64,000 bases of DNA from Deferribacterales bacterium (GTDB taxonomy: Bacteria; Chrysiogenota; Deferribacteres; Deferribacterales; Geovibrionaceae), in NCBI GenBank assembly GCA_050251945.1, contig JBFWLW010000008.1, positions 1-64,000 on the forward strand. The letters are read 5' to 3'. Shown here piece after piece: positions 57,710 to 64,000 of the stretch. Both the position numbers and the translations under genes were made by a program. Within the stretch, counting starts at the first letter, position 1, and the number at the start of each line of letters is the position of its first letter. The notes below the pieces were generated by a model, which made no database searches, was not told the DNA's origin, and worked only from the letters and a program-made list of their open reading frames with translations.

Positions 57710-58870
57710 TTATGCTTTATGCAGTGTCAGAAGGGTTATCTCCGAAGGAACTCCGGCGCGCATGGGCGGTCCCCAGTATCCAGTTCCGGTGTTCACATAC
57801 ACCCACATATCTTTATGTCGGTTAAGTCCCTTATAATACTTCTGAAAAAATGGGATCAGCAGGCTGAACGGAAAATACTGCCCCGCATGGGTATGCCCGG
57901 AAAGCTGTAAGTCCACACCCGCTTTATAAGCCTCTTCATAGCTGTTGGGCTGGTGGGCAAGCAGTATCTTGGTCATGCTTTCAGGCACTCCGTCGAAAGC
58001 TTTTTTCGGGCTTGATGCATGCAGTGCGCCGTAATTCCTTGTTGAATAATCGCTCACCCCGCCAAGCGCTATCTCGGCACCGCCGACGTTTAGCTTTTCA
58101 TGTTTGTTTATCAGCGGTTTCGCGCCCATCTTCTCAAATTCCTCAACCCAGCCGACGGCATCCCAGTAATATTCGTGGTTGCCTGTGACATAGTAAACGC
58201 CGTATTTCGATTTAAGTTCGGCTATGGGAGCTATGTCGTTTTTGAGGTCTTTGACATGTCCGTCCGTAAAATCTCCGGTCAGAGCCACTATGTCGGCATC
58301 CAGCAAGTTCACACGGTTGACCACAGTCTGCGCGAACCTGCGCCCTATGGTGGGTCCGACGTGCAGATCCGAAATCTGCGCTATGCGGAACCCCTCGAAC
58401 TGCTCCGGAAGGTCTTTGATAGGCACCTTCACCTCTTTAACGTTCGGTTCAGCGTGCGCCTGCCCTATTCCAAGCACCGTGGAGCCGACGGTCAGCACGC
58501 CCAGCGTGAGAAGTACGCGCCGCTCCATATCCACAGCATCCGTAGGCGGTGCTATGAAACGCCACACCATAGCACCGACATCAGTTATAATGCCGTATGC
58601 CGCCAGAAGCGTAACCATGCCGAAAACAGTGTATGAAACCCAGTTTACGGCTATGAACAGCCATGCCATACCCAGCTCGCTCTTAAGACGCGGCAGAAAC
58701 ATTCTGTCGCCAAGAGGTGCGAGCAGTTCCAGCATAAATATCAGCACTACAACCGACCATGCAACCGCATAATGCTCTTTTGCCCATTGCCATCTGGTTA
58801 TTATTCTTGAAAACGCGTAAACGTTCATTATTGCAAAAATACTGATGAATATAATAAATCTAAGATTCAT
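57710..58870 (-). CDS. Membrane metallophosphoesterase (YkuE-like)
   Basis: ISDLH, LTGD, GNHE, LAHQP and SGHTHAGQ. Confidence 0.92.
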   Translation of the reverse strand: MNLRFIIFISIFAIMNVYAFSRIITRWQWAKEHYAVAWSVVVLIFMLELLAPLGDRMFLPRLKSELGMAWLFIAVNWVSYTVFGMVTLLAAYGIITDVGAMVWRFIAPPTDAVDMERRVLLTLGVLTVGSTVLGIGQAHAEPNVKEVKVPIKDLPEQFEGFRIAQISDLHVGPTIGRRFAQTVVNRVNLLDADIVALTGDFTDGHVKDLKNDIAPIAELKSKYGVYYVTGNHEYYWDAVGWVEEFEKMGAKPLINKHEKLNVGGAEIALGGVSDYSTRNYGALHASSPKKAFDGVPESMTKILLAHQPNSYEEAYKAGVDLQLSGHTHAGQYFPFSLLIPFFQKYYKGLNRHKDMWVYVNTGTGYWGPPMRAGVPSEITLLTLHKA

Positions 58871-58959
58871 CTCTCCCTCTCGTTAATCAATCGTTTATTT
58901 AAACCTGTGTCGTTTCTGTTCTTATTGCAAGAACATATTTAAGTTGTATACAATAACAG

Positions 58960-59163
58960 ATGGGAAACGTTAAAGTTCATGTAATAACAGAAAAATGCAA
59001 AGGCTGCGGCGCATGTGTCACCCACTGCCCCACAGGTGCAATTCTGCTTTACACTGACAAAACGAACAGAAAAGTTATAGTCATCAGAACAGAAACGTGC
59101 ACCGGATGCGGAGAATGCATACCGTTCTGCCGATACGGCGCGCTTATTTTTAAGGGGGAATAA
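58960..59163 (+). CDS. 2x[4Fe-4S] ferredoxin
   Basis: CKGCGACVTHCP and CTGCGECIPFCR. Confidence 0.85.
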   Translation: MGNVKVHVITEKCKGCGACVTHCPTGAILLYTDKTNRKVIVIRTETCTGCGECIPFCRYGALIFKGE

Positions 59164-59922
59164 ATGGAACATCTCGGACACGGCGAACAGAAAGAATTCT
59201 GGAACAAAAAGGCGCAGGAGTTTCCCAGATACGAAAACAGAGAGGGAAACTATGAGCTTGGCATCCTTGACCGCATACGGAAAATGGGTGTGGATTTCAA
59301 AGGCAAAACAGTCATCGACGCAGGATGCGGAACGGGCATGTATTCTCTGCACATAGCGCAGGAGGCGAAATCCGTTCTCGGAGTTGACATCTCCGACGAT
59401 ATGCTTCGGTTTCTGAACGAGGATGCCGCCGCAAACGGCATTAAAAACATTACAACAGTGCGTTCTGACTGGAACGAATATAAACCGGACAAAACGTTCG
59501 ATATCGCATTCTGCACCATGTCTCCTGCACTTCGCGCAAGTGAGGCGAGGAAAAAACTTAACGACTGTGCTACAGAGTGTGTCGTTTACATGGGGTTTGA
59601 CGGACTGCGTTCCTCCGACGTGCTTGAACACCTCTGCCCTATCTTCGGCATAACCCCTAAAAACTTCTGCGACGCACACAAAATGCGCGCATGGCTTGAG
59701 GAGAACGGCATAGCGTACAAATGTGAAAACGTTGAAGGAGAGTGGAAGCACACAAAATCTCTGGAAGACCTCACCGAAAGCTCAATGAACATGCTCATGG
59801 CATACGACGTACCCATTGACAGGGAAAAGGTTAAAGCAAATCTCGAAAAATTCGGAAACGCTGACGGAACTTACACCGAAACGGTAAGATACAGAAGCGT
59901 GATAATAGTTTGGAATAAATGA
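59164..59922 (+). CDS. Class I SAM-dependent methyltransferase
   Basis: VIDAGCGTG and GVDISDDML. Confidence 0.88.
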   Translation: MEHLGHGEQKEFWNKKAQEFPRYENREGNYELGILDRIRKMGVDFKGKTVIDAGCGTGMYSLHIAQEAKSVLGVDISDDMLRFLNEDAAANGIKNITTVRSDWNEYKPDKTFDIAFCTMSPALRASEARKKLNDCATECVVYMGFDGLRSSDVLEHLCPIFGITPKNFCDAHKMRAWLEENGIAYKCENVEGEWKHTKSLEDLTESSMNMLMAYDVPIDREKVKANLEKFGNADGTYTETVRYRSVIIVWNK

Positions 59923-60165
59923 TCATCCCACTTTAAACAGTTTGGCGACGCACTGCTCCACGTCCCTTGTACTGGAAAAAAGATTCCCGCAGCCGACGTC
60001 GCCGAACGGTTCGTAATTTTCCAGATGATCTATCAGTTCGCGGATAAGTTCCGGATCGGAATTTTTCCCTTCACAGATGAACCTGATGCTGGCAAACAGC
60101 GTGTCAGGAAGATCCTGTTCGTTTGAAGCCTTAAGAGCCGCCTGAAAAAGTTTTTCATATATCAT
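59923..60165 (-). CDS. Hypothetical protein
   Basis: 80-aa ORF with SD GAGGTG; fills the gap between genes. Confidence 0.55.
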   Translation of the reverse strand: MIYEKLFQAALKASNEQDLPDTLFASIRFICEGKNSDPELIRELIDHLENYEPFGDVGCGNLFSSTRDVEQCVAKLFKVG

Positions 60166-60295
60166 TTCAGCACCTCGTCTGCACTTTTGTTTATAACATT
60201 ACGAAGCAGTGCCGCGCAATGCCAAAAAAACCACTTGAGAATTATACCTGACAGGTACTATTGTTAGTATATTATTTTATTATTGGAGGATGCTT

Positions 60296-61348
60296 ATGTC
60301 AGAATTATTTAAACCAGTCTCGCTGAACGGCGTCACTCTCCGCAACCGCGTGGTTATCCCGCCCATGTGTCAATACAGCGCAAATGAAGGACTCCCTAAC
60401 GACTGGCACCTTGTCCATTACGGATCAATGGCAGCGGGGGGAGCAGGCGCAGTCATTATAGAAGCTACCGCAATCACTCCTGAAGGGCGCATAAGCCCCT
60501 ACGACCTTGGTCTGTGGAACGATACACAGGCGGACAGGTTCGCGCGCATCTTTTCCTTTATCGAGTCACAGGGCGCAATTCCCGCCGTTCAGATAGCTCA
60601 TGCGGGCAGAAAAGCCTGCACCGACAAACCATGGCTCGGCGGCAAGCCCCTTAAAGACTGGACAAACCTTTTTGCACCCAGCGCCATACCTTTCGACGAA
60701 AACTCGCAGACGCCCGCGGCTCTGACCGTTTCGCATATACACGAACTCACTGAAAAATTTGCCGAATCAGCAATTCGCGCCGTCCGTGCCGGAGCGCAGA
60801 TAGTTGAACTGCACGCCGCCCACGGCTATCTCCTGAGCGAGTTCATCTCACCCGTCTCCAATAAACGCGAGGACAAATACGGCGGCAATCTTGAAAACAG
60901 GGCGCGCTTCCTTATAGAGACTGTTAAAGCGGTGCAGTCTGCCATTGGTGCCAGCGTACCTATATCCGTTCGCATAAGCGCCACGGACTGGCTTCCCGAC
61001 GGACAGCAGCCGGAAGATTCCGTTAAACTTGTTAATATGCTGAAACCTATGGGCGTGGCTCTGATAAACGTTTCCACGGCAGGTGTGGCACCGGCAAAAA
61101 TCCCAGCAGGACCCGGATTTCAGGTGCCTTTCGCAGAAAAAATAAAAAAAGAGACCGGAATGACCACTTCGGCGGTCGGACTCATCACCGAACCACAGCA
61201 AGCCGAAAACATCATTGCCGAAGGTAAAGCCGACATAGTTATGATAGGCAGAGGACATCTGCAAAACCATCAGTGGGCTATACACGCCGCAAGAGCGCTT
61301 GGAGCGGAAGCACCCATTCCGCCGCAATACCTGCGAAGTTATAGATGA
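60296..61348 (+). CDS. namA: NADH:flavin oxidoreductase (Old Yellow Enzyme, YqjM/NamA type)
   Basis: PMCQYS, EGRISP, QIAHAGRK, HAAHGYLL and PQY.R. Confidence 0.9.
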   Translation: MSELFKPVSLNGVTLRNRVVIPPMCQYSANEGLPNDWHLVHYGSMAAGGAGAVIIEATAITPEGRISPYDLGLWNDTQADRFARIFSFIESQGAIPAVQIAHAGRKACTDKPWLGGKPLKDWTNLFAPSAIPFDENSQTPAALTVSHIHELTEKFAESAIRAVRAGAQIVELHAAHGYLLSEFISPVSNKREDKYGGNLENRARFLIETVKAVQSAIGASVPISVRISATDWLPDGQQPEDSVKLVNMLKPMGVALINVSTAGVAPAKIPAGPGFQVPFAEKIKKETGMTTSAVGLITEPQQAENIIAEGKADIVMIGRGHLQNHQWAIHAARALGAEAPIPPQYLRSYR

Positions 61349-62499
61349 AACAGAGCAGAGAATTTCTTATCCTGCTGTTCGCAACGGTGATGACCATCTC
61401 GTCACTGTATGCCCCGCAGCCCGTTCAACCGATTATCGCGGAGGAATTCAGTCTGACCATGTCGCAGGCGTCACTTCTGACCACAGCCACAATGGTTCCC
61501 CTTGCAGTCGCACCCGTATTTTACGGCTACATACTGGAATCAGTGTCCGCCGGACGCGTTCTGCTGTTTTCGCTGGCGTTTCTGTCAGTCTGCCAGTTCA
61601 TGTTCTTTTTCTCAAACACGTTCTATCTGCTGGTGGCTGTCCGCTTTTTGCAGGGATGCGCAATCCCCGCGGTTCTGACAGGCATCATGACCTATATTGC
61701 CGACACTTCTGAAAAAAGCAATATTCAGAAAAACATGGCGCTTTACATATCCGCAACCATTTTCGGAGGCTTTGCCGGACGTTTCTTCTCCGGCATGATA
61801 GCGCACTACGCCGGATGGCGCGTTATGTTCCTGATTTTGGGCATAAGTCTCGCTTTTGCAGTTTATCTAATCAGAACTCTGCCGGAAAACAAAACCACAC
61901 TGGCAAAAATGAACCCCAGAGCTGCTGCGGATATATTATCACAACGTCTCTTCACGATGATTTATATAATGATTTTCTTCATGTTCTTCATGTTCGCCGC
62001 TGTACTCAATTTCGTGCCTTTCCGTCTGCGCCAGATCGACCCGAACTCAGGTGAACTGGTTATCGGCATCATGTACACAGGCTATATAATGGGCATTATA
62101 ATGTCGGTTAACGTCATGAAGATAATCAAATATCTCGGTTCGGAACTGCGTACCGTTTTTGCGGGGCTGACAAGCTTCGTGCTTTCGCTGGTACTGTTCG
62201 TGTCCGGCGACACGCGGCTAATGTTCCTCGGAATGTTCGTCTTCTGCGCGAGCATGTTTCTGGCACACACTGCCGCGGCTGGCTATGTGAACAAGATAGC
62301 GGACAAACACAAAGGTGTGACCAACGGGCTTTATGTTGCGTTTTACTATGCAGGCGGTGCACTGGGCTCAGTTCTGCCCGGGCTTATCTATGAAGATTTC
62401 GGCTGGCGCAGTTTTATCCTGCTTCTGGGTGTGCTTATGACATCAGCAATACTTATGGGGCGATTTGTTCTCAGGGGTTATATGATAAAACACACATAA
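61345..62499 (+). CDS. MFS transporter (YnfM-like)
   Basis: LYAPQPVQP and NGLYVAFYYAGG; about 12 TM helices. Confidence 0.88.
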   Translation: MKQSREFLILLFATVMTISSLYAPQPVQPIIAEEFSLTMSQASLLTTATMVPLAVAPVFYGYILESVSAGRVLLFSLAFLSVCQFMFFFSNTFYLLVAVRFLQGCAIPAVLTGIMTYIADTSEKSNIQKNMALYISATIFGGFAGRFFSGMIAHYAGWRVMFLILGISLAFAVYLIRTLPENKTTLAKMNPRAAADILSQRLFTMIYIMIFFMFFMFAAVLNFVPFRLRQIDPNSGELVIGIMYTGYIMGIIMSVNVMKIIKYLGSELRTVFAGLTSFVLSLVLFVSGDTRLMFLGMFVFCASMFLAHTAAAGYVNKIADKHKGVTNGLYVAFYYAGGALGSVLPGLIYEDFGWRSFILLLGVLMTSAILMGRFVLRGYMIKHT

Positions 62500-62505
62500 T
62501 ACGCC

Positions 62506-62534
62506 TTGAATTTACACAGCATAATGTGTAACTT
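62506..62534 (+). promoter_or_regulatory. vapBC promoter with operator palindrome
   Basis: TTGAAT-17-TAACTT overlapping TTACACA-N6-TGTGTAA (62512-62531). Confidence 0.6.
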
Positions 62535-62551
62535 AGTTTATGGAGGCTGTT

Positions 62552-62752
62552 ATGGCTACAAATCTTGCGATAGACGACGAACTCCTTAAAGAAGCACAGC
62601 AGATAAGCGGTTTAAAAACTAAAAAGGATACTGTTAATACTGCGCTGAAAGAGTTCATAACTAAAAGAAAACAGGAAGAGATCATTGATCTTTTCGGAAC
62701 AGTGGATTACGACGACGATTATGATTACAAAAAGCTGAGAAATCGCGGATGA
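62552..62752 (+). CDS. vapB: VapB-family antitoxin
   Basis: MATNLAIDDELL..A..KTKKDTVN.AL.E; ATGA overlap with the PIN gene. Confidence 0.88.
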   Translation: MATNLAIDDELLKEAQQISGLKTKKDTVNTALKEFITKRKQEEIIDLFGTVDYDDDYDYKKLRNRG

Positions 62753-63150
62753 AAGTTCTGATAGATACTTCCGTCTGGTCACTCGCCCTGCGCAAACACG
62801 CAAATACGGAAAGTGATATTAAAACCGTATCCCGTCTCACCGATCTGGTCAGGGATTCCCGTGCCGCAATCATCGGAGCGGTACGTCAGGAGCTTCTCTC
62901 CGGTATATCTTCAGGTGGAAAATTTAAACTTTTAAAAGAAAAGATGCGTGCCTTTGAAGACCTTTCCATAAACACTGATATCTATGAACTCGCCGCTGAA
63001 TTTTCCAATAAATGCCGAACAGGCGGTATTCAGGGTTCACACACCGACTTTCTGATATGTGCTGTTGCCGCACATTACGACATTCCGGTCTTCACACTGG
63101 ACAAAGATTTTGAAAACTACAAAAGCTGCATAGATTTGAAATTGTATTGA
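62749..63150 (+). CDS. vapC: VapC PIN-domain toxin
   Basis: VLIDTSVW, QELLSG, DFLICAVA and TLDKDF. Confidence 0.9.
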   Translation: MKVLIDTSVWSLALRKHANTESDIKTVSRLTDLVRDSRAAIIGAVRQELLSGISSGGKFKLLKEKMRAFEDLSINTDIYELAAEFSNKCRTGGIQGSHTDFLICAVAAHYDIPVFTLDKDFENYKSCIDLKLY

Positions 63151-63155
63151 AATGA

Positions 63156-63179
63156 GACTGCCCCCGAAAGGAGGCAGCC
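63156..63179. terminator. Hairpin between convergent vapC and ccmD
   Basis: CTGCC.CCGAAAGG.GGCAG. Confidence 0.5.
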
Positions 63180-63190
63180 GTATTAATAAG

Positions 63191-63319
63191 TTATTTGTTC
63201 TCCAGAGATTCAACCCTTGTTTCAAGGTTGTTCAGACGTGAACCGAGGCTGAAAAAATATGCCCCGAGAAGCACGAAGATAACTGTATAACCTGCGAAAA
63301 GATATCCGAAATTAGCCAT
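63191..63319 (-). CDS. ccmD: CcmD-like heme exporter subunit (42 aa, absent from the ORF track)
   Basis: MANFGYLFAGYTVIFVLLGAYFFSLGSRLNNLETRVESLENK*; SD AGGAG; overlaps the ccmC stop; single TM helix plus coiled tail. Confidence 0.8.
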   Translation of the reverse strand: MANFGYLFAGYTVIFVLLGAYFFSLGSRLNNLETRVESLENK

Positions 63320-63980
63320 TGTTCTCTCCTAAAGCATCAATTTTTCTTGAGAGTGACGCAATGCGCACTCTTTTCAGCATCATAGCGACATAAAGCACGG
63401 AAAATGCGAGGATAGCGAAAAGCATCGCTTTCAGCATGTCCGGATGCAGACCGCCGCCGCCCTTCTGTACCACGTTGGGGTGGATTGTTCTCCACCAGCG
63501 GATTGAAAAGAAGACTATCGGTACGTCGATGAAACCGATAATACCTATCGCCGCCGCAAACTTGGCGCGTTTGTCCGCCTCTTCGATGAACTTGCGAAGC
63601 ATAATGTAACCCGCATAAATGAACCACAGTATGGTCGTTGTCGTAAGACGCGGATCCCATGTCCACCACACTCCCCAGATGGGTCTTGCCCAGATGGGTC
63701 CTGTGATAAGCACTATCGTACAGAACATAATGCCTATCTCTGCGGAGCTTTCAGCTATGTCGTCAAACAGGAAATTCTGTTTGGCAAGAAACAGGATGCT
63801 GAAAACGAACGTCACAAAGAAAGCGAAAAAAGCTATCCATGCGGACGCAACGTGGAAATAGAAAATCTTCTGCACGGCGCCCATCACCCTCTCAAGGGGT
63901 GCAAACATGAATGCCATGTAAAGCGCCGCTATGATAAACAGTATCGCGGCGATATCCAGAAACTTTTGTAACTTCTTCAT
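63312..63980 (-). CDS. ccmC: Cytochrome c biogenesis heme exporter CcmC
   Basis: IFYFHV, WARPIWGVWWTWDPRLT (WWD domain) and WWRTIHP. Confidence 0.92.
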   Translation of the reverse strand: MKKLQKFLDIAAILFIIAALYMAFMFAPLERVMGAVQKIFYFHVASAWIAFFAFFVTFVFSILFLAKQNFLFDDIAESSAEIGIMFCTIVLITGPIWARPIWGVWWTWDPRLTTTTILWFIYAGYIMLRKFIEEADKRAKFAAAIGIIGFIDVPIVFFSIRWWRTIHPNVVQKGGGGLHPDMLKAMLFAILAFSVLYVAMMLKRVRIASLSRKIDALGENNG

Positions 63981-63981
63981 A

Positions 63982-64000
63982 TCAATCCTCTACAATGAAA
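63982..64000 (-). CDS. Probable C-terminal tail of CcmB (partial)
   Basis: ..FIVED* ends 1 nt before the ccmC start; assigned by position only. Confidence 0.35.

Noticed and set aside
1..64000. tRNA/rRNA genes, prophage or integrase
   Set aside because: None was recognised by eye; tRNAscan/Infernal were not run.

Overview
Chromosomal window from an anaerobic respiring bacterium. Gene content and style suggest Deferribacterota (Seleniivibrio/Denitrovibrio-like); this is an inference. The centrepiece is a ~17 kb minus-strand cluster (14694-31524) of 8 multiheme c-type cytochromes carrying 76 CXXCH plus 5 CX3CH/CX4CH motifs, counted by eye. It includes an OmcA/MtrC-family lipoprotein, a CbcBA-like cytochrome c/b quinol-oxidising module, a 28-heme cytochrome, NHL and TPR proteins and a beta-barrel porin flanked by lipoprotein cytochromes, and looks like a complete membrane-to-surface electron conduit. 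It is followed by a sigma54 enhancer-binding regulator/hybrid kinase pair divergent from a sigma54-driven chemosensory operon. The rest of the window holds a liv ABC transporter, YqhC-like AraC/AKR and yqhD, two diguanylate cyclases, nfnAB, vapBC and ccmCD. The intergenic DNA carries nested small mobile repeats: an IS630 end, IS1182-like MITEs that duplicate hairpin targets, two REP-like families and a 3x139 bp structured tandem array. One decayed 117-bp element sits in frame inside the signal peptide of the 28-heme cytochrome.
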